Assembly (NCBI RefSeq): GCF_009914755.1
Contig: NC_060940.1
Direction: 5' to 3' (one strand)
DNA: 64,000 nt
DNA from: the human T2T-CHM13v2.0 reference genome, Homo sapiens
The stretch's first letter is position 1, and each line of letters opens with the position of its first letter. The notes below the pieces were generated by a model. That model worked only from the letters and a program-made list of their open reading frames with translations, had not been told where the DNA came from and did not search any database. Below are positions 1 to 13,175 of the stretch, piece by piece. The position numbers and the translations under genes were made by a program.

Positions 1-870
1 AAATAAATGCATGGATAAATTAATACATGGAAGTAGAGAAACAAATCTCCTGTGCAGAAAAATCCCAGATAATGTATGCACAGCCTTCATCCTTGAAGAG
101 GTAGAGCATGATTCTCCATCTTTAAGCACTGCTTTTACATGGTGGCTTTCTTCCAGAGAGTACAGCATGGAGAAGGGAAGGAAAGGGAGCAATGTTGCAG
201 GGGCAAAAACCTGCCAAAAACATCCTCAGCCAACAGATCAGGGTCACGTCAGCCAGCATGTCACATTAATTGTTGGTACCCTTGATCACTTAACCCCAGG
301 AGATTGAGGCTGCCGTGAGCTATGATTGTACCACAGCCCTCCAGCCTGGGCAACAGAGCGAGAACTTGTCTTAAAAAACTATTAATATATTGGGAGAAAA
401 ATGCTATTTTCCCTCTGTGGTTTTCCTCCCCATACCTATAATTCCAGTCTGATTATGAGGAAATAAACATCAGATCAATTCAAAATTGGGGGACATTCTG
501 TAAAGTACCTGAGCAGTACATCTTACAACCGTCAAGGTCTTCAAAAATAAAGAAAAACTGTGAAATAGCTGCAGCCAAGAGAAGCGTAGGGAGACATAGC
601 AAGTAAAGATACCATTACCGTGGTATCCTGGATGGAATCCTGGAACAGGAAAAGGACATTAGGCGAAAAACAAGGGAATCATTCCAAGTGCAGACTTTAG
701 TTAATAATAAGGTGTCAATATCGGTTTATTAATCTGACAAATGTCCCCTTCCAATCAAAGATGTTAATACTAGGGAAAGTGAGTGTGGATATGTGGGAAC
801 TCTCTGTACTCTCTCTGCAATTTTTTCTGTAAATCCAAAAGCGTTCTAAAAATGAAATAAGTCTATGAAA
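1..870 (+). mobile_element. Old L1 3' UTR/3' end (L1MC/L1MD-like), interrupted by an Alu right-arm fragment
   Basis: Contains TATCCTGGATGGAATCCTGGAACAGGAAAAGGACATT and ends GGGAACTCTCTGTACT...CTGCAATTTTTTCTGTAAATCCAAAA, typical of L1MC/MD 3' ends. Confidence 0.75.
287..378 (+). mobile_element. Alu right-arm fragment (AluJ/FRAM-like)
   Basis: GAGGCTGCCGTGAGCTATGATTGTACCAC...CCAGCCTGGGCAACAGAGCGAGA followed by an A-run. Confidence 0.85.
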
Positions 871-1485
871 GGAAACTAAAAGCCACAGGCAATCACTCCT
901 CCAGCAGCCCGGTAATGGATTCCCCCTTCCCCGTGCCCTGGGCCAAGACTGAACTGTGATTCTGCTGTCCTGCACCCGGGGACCTCTATTTGGAGCAGTA
1001 TTTGGCCAAGGGAAGCAGCGCTCACTCTCCCCAGTCCCTCCCCTCCTGCCCTGCTTGCGGATTTTATTTTAGTTTGCTTCCAATGGCACTCAGCTGCTGC
1101 TACAGGCAAATATCTGGCTGCTTTGCACGCTATTGTACAACACACTGGGGGAAAATGAGCCTTCGTGCTAGAGTCTGGGTCCCTGAGCAAATAAACAGAG
1201 AAGAAAAATGGTGCATGTGGGGGTGGTGAGGTTGAGGGAGAGACTGGGGAGCCAGGTGATTGAGAAGTTAGTGGCTAATTCAGCTCAGAGTTTGGGCAGA
1301 AATCCTATGCTTCTCCCCATTCAATTTTCCTTATTCCCCGGACTCCTCAGAAACACCCAGCTTATTGGTGGGGGTAAAGAGGGTATTGTTTTCCTGGGGG
1401 TTTCTGTTCCAAGGATAAGGGAGTTGGAAAGAGCTGTTGAGGGTGTCTAGCCTTTTTTACTAGGTGGAGGTCGTCTGCACAAGCG

Positions 1486-1580
1486 CTCTCTCTCTTGCTT
1501 GCTCTCTCTCTCTCTCGCTGTCTCGCTCCCTCTTGCTCCCGCTTGTGCTCTCTCTCTCTCTGTCTTGCTTCCTGCTTTCT
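1486..1580. repeat. Degenerate (CT)n polypyrimidine low-complexity tract
   Basis: ctctctctcttgcttgctctctctctctctcgct... read directly. Confidence 0.85.
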
Positions 1581-1596
1581 GAGTTCTCTACTGAGA

Positions 1597-1917
1597 GCTG
1601 GACACAGATGCAGTGGCTCATGCCTGTAATCCCAGCACTTTGGGAGTCCTAGGCGGGTGGATCACTTGAGGTCAGGAGTTCAAGACCAGCCTGGCGAACA
1701 TCGTGAAACACCCTGTCTCTACTAAAATTACAAAAATTAGCCGGGCGTGGTGGTGGGTGCCTGCAGTCCCAACTACTTGGGAGGCTGAGGTAGGAGAATT
1801 GCTTGAACCCTGGAGGTGGAGGTTTCAGTGAGCTTGAGCTGAGATCGTGCCACTTCACTCCAGCCTGGGCAACAGAGCAAGACTCCATCTCAAAAAAGAA
1901 AAAAAAAAAAAAAGAAA
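1597..1917 (+). mobile_element. Alu (AluS)
   Basis: Dimeric Alu with A-rich linker and poly-A tail; small local duplication GAGCTTGAGCTGAG. Confidence 0.95.
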
Positions 1918-2049
1918 TTAATGGGGCCAGAGACCTTTGGAAATTTCAATGGTTGTGTCAAAGCAACCTGAAGTTTCGGCTTCATCAACTTCCAGAACCC
2001 TTTGAGAGTGTAAAGGTGAAGAGGAGGCTCTGAGGCTGCCTGGATGTAC

Positions 2050-2212
2050 CCTCCAACTGTGTGGCTTTGTGGAAGTCGTTTAACCTCCATGAACCTCAGC
2101 TTCCTAATGTGCAGATCCATGAAACACTGACACCTCCTTCATGAGACTGTGTAAAAATTAAATGTATCAACCCATACAAGGGACTTTTAACAGTTTCTGG
2201 CATCATGTAATT
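2050..2212 (+). mobile_element. MIR SINE
   Basis: Core TGTGTGGCTTTGTGGAAGTCGTTTAACCTCCATGAACCTCAGCTTCCT. Confidence 0.75.
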
Positions 2213-2489
2213 TTCCAGTACATGTTACCCCTCCTCCAAAATCAATTATGTATACTTTAATATGTTAAGTGGTAACATTTCACATTTTACCTTCTCTTCA
2301 TGTAAGGAGGTGGAGAGCCATTGTCAGGCCTTGTCTCATCTTAGAAAAAGATTAGAAGTTGCCAGCTTCAACATAATTGTCATTGAGAGGGCTTAAATTT
2401 TGTTTGGATTAATAATTCACTAATTAATCCCATAGATAAAGATCCAGCTGAAGAGTCTCATTTTTTCATTATTAACAATTTGAATAGAT

Positions 2490-2700
2490 TTCATTTATTG
2501 AGCAATTACTATGAGCCAGATTCTTTACAGAGTGCTTAAGGTGATTATGTCTAATCCTCCCAACAGCAGGAGGTAGATACTATTATTCATTTCACTTACC
2601 CTAATGTCAGAGAGGTTAAGTGACTTTCCAAGCTTGCAAGGCTAGTAAGAGGTGAAGCTGGAGTTTGGAACAGGGTTTACAGAGTCCAGAGCTTGTCTCC
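2490..2700 (-). mobile_element. MIR SINE
   Basis: Reverse-complement MIR core CAGAGAGGTTAAGTGACTTTCCAAG. Confidence 0.75.
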
Positions 2701-2974
2701 TGATGGATATGCTACATTGCTTCTGTTTGTGAATTTAGAGAAGAGTGGTTTAAAATATCTTTTATCTCTCTGTTTTTATGGAGAGAGGGGAGAAAGTGCT
2801 GTTTGACGAAGATTTATTGCCGGAGGGACATATTGAGTTCGAAACATGAAGGGTAGCAAAGCTGAGATTCTGGCATCTGTTTTCTTGCTTGTTTATCCCA
2901 TTGCTCTGTCGGCGCCTATAGAAGGTAGCTGGTTTGGTTTGAGTTCCTTCCAAAACCTGGCTCTAAGGAATTAA

Positions 2975-3327
<353 letters not shown>

Positions 3328-4711
3328 TAAAAAGGGTCTTTTTGACTGTTGGTGATCTTCATTACTCGGTGAAGGTGGAGACTTTCAGCCACCTGATAGG
3401 AGGATTTGCAGTGACTTGTCTTAGGATGGGAGCACATTCTCATAATGAAAGACACTCTTCCCAAAATGTTAATTCTTTTGGTAGCCACATGCTTGTGTTA
3501 ACTATTGCTTTGCCACTGGTGTATGGATACAGGAAAAAGCACTTGAACCAGAAAACATCAGACCAACATGTCCTGCAATGCTTTATTCCTATTGCTGGAT
3601 GTTTCTGCAAGTAAGTCACTCTACCAACCTTTCGAGCATCTACTGTCTTCCACGAAGGGATCAGGCGTGTATATAAGCCAGCCTTATACTTATACTTATA
3701 CACAGCCGACTTACTGTGTTTGCGACCTGGCATCATCTAAGTCAAAAAAACTTTGGTGATATTAAAAAAAATGCCCTCAAAACAACTTAATAGTATTTAT
3801 AGAAATTATAAAGCTTCATCCAGTGCCTAAAATGAACATTGGGATGTTAGATCATTAAATTAATGGGATGTGATCTATGTCCTCCGTGATTTCAAAAACA
3901 CCATTCTTTTAATTGTTAATTAGAGAATGTAGTGATTACAGAACGTGAGGAACAATTTTGCTTATTTTCAATATGCTGGTTGTGATTATGTGAATTATTA
4001 ACTCTGAGCAGCATTCAATTTCGTTCATTTCCATGGCTTTATGAACTATTTCCAGTATGCATCTGTTCTTGTTTTCAATTAAAAAAAATATAGATTTCAG
4101 CCTGTACCTTGTAATGAAAATAGGAAGAAGCAGGAAATGAATTTCTTATACATCATTGTGTAATATTTCTTTATAGATTTTTTTTTTTCCAATGTGGACC
4201 TGCCTGGAGACCTGTCCATGAAAGATCATGAGGTGCCAAAATTCTCGCAAGAAAAACTTGGACTGTTATTGGCTATATATTTAATACTATTATACTTGCA
4301 CTGCAGGGACCAAAAGTTTCTTATCAAATTTATTGAGATGATTTTAACATTCTGAAACAGATTGTCCACACTATATTTGGAAAAAAAAATGTCCAAGTGA
4401 TAGATGGATTTACAGCTTACACCTCAGGTTTTTATTATAGTTGACATTTACACAGTCTTGAAAGTCTCTACTCCTCTGTTTTATAGAAATGGCAATGCCA
4501 CTCAGTCTCATCCAATATTATTATGGAGCTGTAACACTCTGGTGAAGGATGGACCATCTATTACTTGACAAACCCTTTGTCAAGTATATCATGCCGTTTC
4601 AGAATTATCTGAAATAATCATCACAGAAATTCATTGACCCATCTTATGTTTTGCGAATGTATGCTCGAATGTTAAGAAGCTATTCATTTGTTTTTCTCAG
4701 ATGACTAAGGA

Positions 4712-4815
4712 TGGGGCCATGTGCCACAGAGCTCCATGTCTGCTTTTACATAGTTATCATTGTGAATGGCGCCCCCTACAGTTGTTCAGTGTGTAGTCTG
4801 AAATTTTGGAGACCC
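4712..4815. mobile_element. Degenerate MER91-like hAT MITE
   Basis: GTGAATGGCGCCCCCTACAGTTGTTCAGTG resembles the MER91 arm GTGAATGGCGCCCCCTGGAGTTGTGCAGTG. Confidence 0.5.
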
Positions 4816-4882
4816 TGAGTTTCTTGACATTGTTTGAGCCGAAGACCGTTATCTTTACTTCAGGGGTGGTCCTTTCACATCT

Positions 4883-4918
4883 TTTTTATTTTATTTTATT
4901 TTATTTTATTTATTTTTA
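4883..4918. repeat. (TTTTA)n microsatellite
   Basis: Read directly. Confidence 0.85.
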
Positions 4919-5282
4919 GGCAGGTAATTTTTGCATTTGAAGAGACTCTGAAATGACCAAGCTGAGCCGTTGCCATTAATCCTGTTTGTCTAAAAGTTTA
5001 ATCTTGAGCCACCCCTCTCAGCAATGCATTGCCACTTTCTCATACATTACAAATATGTAATATGGGCAAAGTAACGAATGTCATGTTATCAGGTTATGTG
5101 TCTCAATCACTGAAACAGGCTCAAAAGGAATGGGACCCAGTGTCGAGGAGAAGAAAGGCACAGAGGAAAGATTCTGACACTTGAAGCACTGCTCAGCAGG
5201 GCAAATTTGGGGAAAAGATGTAGACAAGAACTTTAGACACCAGGAACAAGATTGAGAAGGTGCTGAGAAAAGATCATGGCTG

Positions 5283-5580
<298 letters not shown>

Positions 5581-5587
5581 TCATGGT

Positions 5588-5757
5588 CAATCATTCTTAA
5601 AGCTGCCTAATTAGTGTTACCTGGAGAGCTTTACAAACCCCCTACCTTATCTTTATACCAATTGAATCAGAATGTCTGGAATGAGGGCACAGGCGTCAGT
5701 GTATTTTAAAGATTTCCCCAGATATTTCTTATCCACAGCCAAAATTGAGAACCACTG
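5588..5757. mobile_element. MER5A-like hAT-Charlie MITE
   Basis: ACCTGGAGAGCTT...TGAATCAGAAT...CAGCCAAAATTGAGAACCACTG terminus. Confidence 0.7.
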
Positions 5758-5844
5758 GGCTGGAGGAGTGCTAGGGAAGGAAAAGGAATACAGGATCAAA
5801 AGAACCTTTCATTTGTTTATTGATCCACCCGTTTTTGTTTTTTT

Positions 5845-5972
5845 TCACTCATTCATTCAACAAACACTTCTCATGAAGTCCCTGTGTGATATACACTGTT
5901 CTATGATTTGAAGATACAGCTGAGAAGAAAACAAGCAAAGCCTTCATGCTCAAGGAGCTTATGTTCTAGTGT
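5845..5972 (-). mobile_element. L2 3' end
   Basis: CATTCATTCAACAAACAC tail and CTCAAGGAGCTTATGTTCTAGT. Confidence 0.75.
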
Positions 5973-8900
5973 CCTGAAGCAAATCCTTTCTGACTCAATA
6001 GAAATCAGGTTCACGTGGCAATTATAACACATGACCTTTCATTAAAAGCATGACAGAATCATTTTCATGAGATTGTTAATTTGGACCACAAAACAAGTCC
6101 TGCCCACCCCACGCCCCCCCAAAAAACAAAATTAAATTACTAAAATTTGATGTAATCGATGCATATCACATCTATTTGTGAAACACTGCTGTTTCTAATG
6201 CCCGTCCTTCCTCTAAGTACTCTTCACCTTCATTTGCCTAATTCTTCAGGAGTAAACTTGTAACCAAAGGCAAACATCTTACAAATTTGATGATACTTAG
6301 ACCTGCTTCCCAAATGCTTGGGAAGTTTTCATAAAATTGAATGTACATAAATAATACATGGTCAGGGGTTCGGAGACTTAGGCAAGGTGCTAAATTTGTC
6401 CAATATGAGGCCACCTGCTCGTATGTCATCTGTTGGCACTGGCTCACGCATTTGTGTGCCAGGACATATGAAATTAAGTTTACCTGATGCTCTCTGACAG
6501 CAGCTTTCTGTTACAACGTGCAAATTAGATTAGGTTAAGGTAGAGGGCAGAGTAAATGGATGGCTTCATAGATTGATACTAGAATCCTGACGGCTTTAAC
6601 CAGAAGGTGACTGGTTCTGGTCTAGCTTGGGTCATTGGTAATCACAAGTTCCTGTTATTGATGCCTGTGCAGTGGCCTGTGGGGAGATGGATGGCTTATT
6701 TTTTATTGAATTTTGCCGTTATAGCCAAACATCACATTGGCAGTGCAACTTCATTGACCTTCACCCTCGAATTCGAGGAAGGAAGGTCGAGGTGTAAACA
6801 GAGGATGGAGACTAAATAAGGTAGTTGTCTCTTGAATGTTGCTTGATCCCCCTTCTAAGTGTGTGATACATGAGCAAGGCTAAAAGGTTGTACAGCCTGC
6901 CACCTGGGAACCACCTCCCTTGGGCTGAAGCTGGCATGATTACTTGGGTCTTCAAAGCAGGCGTGCACAGTTTTTCTCTCAATATGAAATGATCTAATGC
7001 AAACTTGAAATTCTACCAGAAGAATCATTTTTTAACTTTAAAGGAATCTAGAGTTGTCTCTGCCTCATTAAGTAACTCAATTGGCTTCAAAAGCATTTTT
7101 TATTTATATTGAAAATATAGAAACTGTCAACTTCATCCTAATTTTGAAGACTTTTTTTCTATAATGTGGCCTTCCGTTGTGTAGTAAACTTAGTAAAGCA
7201 CCTGTTGTACAACTCAATGGCATTCCATCCCAAGGGATGGTTTAATGGCATAAACGAAGGGCCGAGGGAAAAATAAATTCAGATATTTAAACAGACTAGG
7301 CACCATACCCTAAATCTTTGCTTGCAAAGTTGACCAGTGATGCACAGAATGAGGCAGAAATACTGTCAAAGGGACTGGAGACTGATCTCGAGATGTTCTA
7401 GCGTGGAATGGATGGGTTTACTTATTTGTTTAAATAATTGCGTTCTTTGGAATTGCCTAAATTTTGCACTTCTGCCGGTTTAAATAGAGTCGAATTGAGG
7501 TTGTTTCTGGCAAGAATGAGTGTCACATTTTTGAAGGGAACAGCAGTGACAGCACAACAACAGACAGTTCGGAGACTAAATACCATTTTTTAAAGTTTCC
7601 GAAGATTAAATAGAAAAACACTCCGGGGCTTAGCTAAAAGGCTAACAGGAGAAACGAATTTCACGTAGAAATCAATCGCTCTGTTCACTGACACCCAGTG
7701 ACAGAACTAATAATTGTGTCCATGTAAAATCAGACCCTCTTGTTACTTTTTAATGAAGTCTGTCTGATTCTGTGATATTTTTGGCCTAGGAAATGAAAGA
7801 GATGTTTTATTAAATGAAACTAGGTCTACATAGGTGAAGTATCTGAATATAACTATGTAATCATATCGTACAATAAAAAGAAAATATAAAAAAATTGGAA
7901 AGACATGAATGTAGTTCAAATAAGCTTATCCCTCCAAGAAGGCTTCTCCGTGTTTTCAATGGAATAGTGGCCTGTATTTTGCATTTGAACAATGGCACAA
8001 AGCCATTGGAAGGGGAAGAAAGGTTTAGCCTACCCCTCTTGGATCCTTATGCCACAACGTCTGTTCCCTGCTGTACTGAGAAGTCCAACTCTCCTTTGCA
8101 AGCCAGGAAAAATAGGACCTTTTTCAAATTGCATGCTTCGAAGATGCTGGCAGAATTCAAAAGTGCTTTCTCCACACAGTATAAAGCCCTTTACCTGATT
8201 AAAGCTGGTTATTTGGCTTGCCAAGGTGAAAAGTTTTCTTATGTTTTATCTTGCATTTTCCCTCTCTTCTTCCCTCATTTCCTCTCCTCTTCCTCTTTCT
8301 TTCTTTCTCATCTTCCCTCCAACATTAAAGACATTTGGTGCAACCTCAGCATTATTATTTTTAACACCCACCTTGCCAAGAAGAGTATAACTCCAAGGAA
8401 GCTTCTTTTTTAAGCAGACCTCATCTGTTCTCTGTTGGTCCCTGAGTGGTACCTTTCAGCTGGCCATTTTTCCCCAGCGGTGCATGTGAACACATGTGCG
8501 TGTGTGCAGGCATGTGTGTACACACACTTTCATGTTGATGGAGACATATGGTCATATAGAGGATCTTTGTGGTCCATCTAGTTCTTTAGTTTCAAATGTG
8601 ATGTGTTTTATCTAATATCTGAAAGGGAAACATCTTTCTGTGTAATTTCTCACCCTGAATTACACATTTAAACCCCACAAATATCAGAGGACATTCTAAG
8701 AAATACCTTGTGGGTGGAAAAGTTGACCTTTTGTTTCCCTCTGCCTGGTTGGCTGACTTGGGAGAGAGTAACTGAAGGCAAAGGGAATGTCAGAGTGGAG
8801 GAAATTCCCATCCTAGACTGGGCGAGGGGCAGGGGGTGTGGTCCTTTTACGATATTCACCCAATTCAGAGCGCCCTACTTCTGTTCAAAACTGTGATAAG

Positions 8901-9132
8901 AAATATCAATATGGGCATATGACAGTATGTGTGGGAGGGTACCTCCTTCACTTGTAGCATCTCACAGGGAGAGGTCTTGGCAAAGGCACAGTCATCAAAA
9001 CTGATGAGCCCAAAATGGGATTCACCCTTAAAAAAAAGGTTTTGATAAAATTAGCTTTCCTCTTAACAATCTGGGAGTGCTATCAGAATAGCAGCTATAA
9101 ATCTGTCTGGTAGGGCCCTCTCTTCTTAAAAT

Positions 9133-9437
9133 AGATGGATGGGTAGATGAATGGATAGATGGGTAGATGGATGGATAGAGGGACAGATGGATGGGGGGAT
9201 AGGTGGATGGATGAGTAGGTGGATGAATGGATGGGTGGATGGATGTTTGGATGGGTGGATGGGTGGGTGGATGGATGGATGGATGGATGGATAGACGGAT
9301 GAGTGGATGGGTGGATAGGTGGATGGATGAGTAGATGGATGGATGGATGGGTAGGTGGATGGGTAGATGAGTGAATGGATGGGTGGATGGGTGAATGGAT
9401 GGGTGGGTGGATGGGTAGGTGTATGGATACCTTGGAT
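9133..9437. repeat. (GGAT/GGGT/AGAT)n tetranucleotide repeat
   Basis: About 300 bp of GGAT-type units; accounts for the HPSI-repeat ORFs. Confidence 0.95.
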
Positions 9438-9599
9438 ACATACATGTAATACATTTAAATTCTTAATAGGTACATCTTATGCTCTTCATGTCTCTTTCTC
9501 TGGGGAGGGGCACTGGGGTGCTGACATATGCTATCTTTTTTTGTGGTTAAGACCATAAGGATGAGACCACTTCACCAATTCTTCTAGGCATGTTTTGAA

Positions 9600-9830
9600 G
9601 CAATGTGGTATAGTGGAAAGAACACAGGATTTGAATCACTGGAAGCCAGATTTAGGTCTGAGCACCATGTGCTTTTTAGCTTGAGTACCTTTGCTCAAGA
9701 TGGTTAACCTCAGTATCCATGTCTGTAAAATGGAAAAATGTTTTCTAACTTGCTGGATTGTTGAGAGAATTAAAAGATATCTAGATCTAGGCAGATAGTG
9801 TTTAACTCAATACCTAGAATAGAGAGAGCA
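9600..9830 (+). mobile_element. MIR SINE
   Basis: CAATGTGGTATAGTGGAAAGAACACAGGATTTG...AACCTCAGTATCCATGTCTGTAAAATGG. Confidence 0.8.
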
Positions 9831-10016
9831 TTTTGATTAATGGGAGCTACAGCTACTACTTCAACTGCTGCTAAGGATCTTTCTTGTTTTTACTTTCCCC
9901 TCCTTCTCTGGGTGTTTTTTTTTTCCACGATACATTTTAGAAATAGAAGCCACATTCTAACTTCTTTGGCTCCTTGCCTGACTTTCATATGGTCTCTGGT
10001 CGAGAATGGTGGCCAT

Positions 10017-10020
<4 letters not shown>

Positions 10021-10058
<38 letters not shown>
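10021..10058. repeat. (TG)19 microsatellite
   Basis: Read directly. Confidence 0.97.
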
Positions 10059-10060
<2 letters not shown>

Positions 10061-10539
10061 TGCCTGCCTGTATCTATGTCTGTATCTAGAAAATATATAT
10101 TTATACCTGGAACATATGTACGTATAAATAAAATTCTGGAAGATGCATCTTGCTGGAAGATATATGTCTTGATATGTATATCTGGAAGGTATATATCTTG
10201 TTTTTCCCTTGCTTTTGACAGATGTTCTAAACTCACCATACCTTTTGGATATTGAACTATAAAGACTTCTACATTCCTATTTTATACATTTAGAATTGTG
10301 AATATTGTAATAAAAATTCCTCTGACATTTCTCACATACTACAGACATCATGTCCCCTACTTTTTCTTCATGGAGAGATATGAGACAATGTTGAACAACC
10401 CAGAATAAGCCAAAATATAAGGAGGTAAGAATGGATTCGTTGTCTGAGGCTCAATATGACACCACCTGAATTTTCTCTATATCACCCTTCAAGGGGGTGA
10501 GGATGGCTAAGACCACTGATACTTATGTCATAGCATGAA

Positions 10540-10770
10540 CAAATAATAACTACTTACCATGTGCCAGGTTCTTCTGCAGGCACTTTACATAGATAATTTT
10601 ATTTAATCTTCATAGCAAACTTAGGGAGTAGATGCTAGTATTATCCCAAGTTTACAGAGGAGGCAACTGAGTCACAGTAAGCTGAAATGACATGCTCCAG
10701 GTTGCAGAATGATCATAAAGCAGAGCCAAAATTAGGCACCAGTGTCTTTTGGTGTCAGGAATCTCTGCTT
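10540..10770 (-). mobile_element. MIR SINE
   Basis: TTACCATGTGCCAGG...TTTACAGAGGAGGCAACTGAG. Confidence 0.8.
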
Positions 10771-11137
10771 TTGTGCTTTTCTGTCTCATGAAAATATCAG
10801 AGTGGCTCTCTCTATTGGGTCTCATTATTGCATGCCATTGTGGGTTCTTCTGACTGTGTGTCACCTTTCACAAGGAGCATTTCCTACACTGTGAAAGTGC
10901 ACATGACAATTTTATGTACTTCTTGTTGAAATCCTTGTCTTCCTTATGCTGCCCATTGGTGCTTCACACTATTTTCTTCCTCATCCCACTTCCGCAGCTT
11001 GTAGCTCCTGCCTGAGCTTTGGAAGTGAAAGCCAAAGTTCCACCTCGATGCAGGTGATAAAACTAGGGCAAAATGAATAAAGTGAGAGCTTTGACGTCAG
11101 CACGTGGAACACATACACAGGTTATGCTGAATTGTAA

Positions 11138-11504
<367 letters not shown>

Positions 11505-12611
11505 CCTTCTTGGATTTTCTTATGCATTTGAAATCAGGTAAAGCTAAAATTGTGAATATGTAAATAAAAATACCATGAGAACATGGGAGAGGGAGCTGGG
11601 GTGTTTTGCTTTCATAGGATGGGAGCCAATGCCTACATGTTTTCTATTGTATCTTTTGGACAGGTAGAATGATTGCAATTGTTAAAAAAAAAAAAAAATA
11701 GGGAAAATGATGCCAGGAGCAGAAAGCAAAGATGTTTTCAAAGAGTCAGAAAGACTCTGTTCCAACCACAAACCATCCTATCTTCCCCCAGTTAATGGGG
11801 TTGCCTAAATCGTCAACTCCTACTGTGAAACTCAAACCCTTGTTGTTCCAACTTAACTTTTTGCCCACAGAGTAGTTTAGGACAATCCAATGTCAGTATG
11901 GCAGGTAGAAGTAGCACAAAGTAAGATCCATTTGTGTCTTGATTTGAGGGACATAAATGTCCTATTTTCTTTACGTGTCTTGGTCACCCCCTCACACAGG
12001 CTCTCTGAAGTTGTTTCCGTCATTTTGTACCCTTCCTCTTCTTCTCTTTGTAAGCTTAAGTTTCACATTCATTGGCTGTTTTTCTCTCTGAGGTTTCAGC
12101 TTCAAGGGATTATGCATATGAGACTTGTATTATATACCCTGAATGAAAAATATTGAAAATATCTCACAGCTAGCTGGATCTCTCTTAATCCAGGCTTTCC
12201 AGAAAAATGGTGCTGGGACCACCCCTGGAAGCTCAGCCTGCCCCAAACCCCAGGAATCTTCAGTCTGCAAGGGCAGAACCAGATAATGAAATGGCATGCT
12301 AGCAGGTAGTAGTTCTCTGATCTAACCACTGCCACACATAAAAAATGCTGCAGCTTTGATTTGGGTTTTATGTCCTGTGATTACACGGATCGTGCTGGTT
12401 CCTAATGTAGACCTTTCCAGTTCTCTGGGTGTGCACCTCTGCATCCACATCTCCTTCCAATTCATGGAACCTCCTTTATTTCTTCCCTGCCTGTAATTCT
12501 TCTGCTCTATGATCTGAGCTTCCACTCATGCCCTTATTATTTAGCTCTTACATTCCTAGAAGAGTATATGTTTATCTATTTTACCACTTTGGGCATTGTC
12601 ATATGTCATAG

Positions 12612-12725
12612 GTTCATTCACCATTCATTGAACAAATGGTTATCAATTAGTCATATGTACCAGTCCATGTTTACACATGACAGGCACATCAATAGGTAAG
12701 AGAGGAAGAGCCCATGCCCTCTGTT
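12612..12725 (-). mobile_element. L2 3' end remnant
   Basis: TTCATTCACCATTCATTGAACAAAT tail motif. Confidence 0.5.
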
Positions 12726-12759
12726 TCAATGTTGGTAGTAACATGGCTTGTGAAGGTTA

Positions 12760-13175
12760 AAAGAAAAACCCAGAAGCAACCTAGTCTTGTCATCAAAATG
12801 AGAAAGTAAAGATGGATTGTGGTAAAGTAACGCAGTGGAATACTACAGAGCAGTGAAAAATAAACCAGGACGAATCTCACAATTTTAGTGTTGGAAAAAA
12901 GGAACAATAGGATGTGTTATCCTCACTTGTGTAAAATTGAAAACATGCTTGTGTAAAATTGAAACTATGGAAAATAATGTGAAACAAATTAGTATATTTC
13001 TTAGGGATATATGTATATATACATGTATGTATGTGTGTATATGTATATATGTTTGTGAGGGATAACTAAGGGATTCCTAATCTATTGGTAGTATTTACTA
13101 ACTTGGGCATAGGAAGCAGATACATCTTGTATTAAGTAATATACTGCTTATGTGCCTTAAATATCTCATTTTAAT
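12760..13175 (+). mobile_element. Old L1 (L1ME-like) 3' region
   Basis: GTGGAATACTACAGAGCAGTGAAAAA motif; internal 17-bp duplication CTTGTGTAAAATTGAAA. Confidence 0.6.

Noticed and set aside
4910-4930. TTTTTAG|GCAG|GTAATT as a 4-nt microexon or recursive splice site
   Set aside because: The pyrimidine tract is just the (TTTTA)n microsatellite and the donor is moderate; nothing else supports it
7895-8413. 172-aa ORF
   Set aside because: Non-ATG start, no recognisable domain, and it runs into a pyrimidine low-complexity tract; consistent with chance
9028-9454. HPSI/HPPTH-repeat ORFs
   Set aside because: Translation of the (GGAT)n microsatellite
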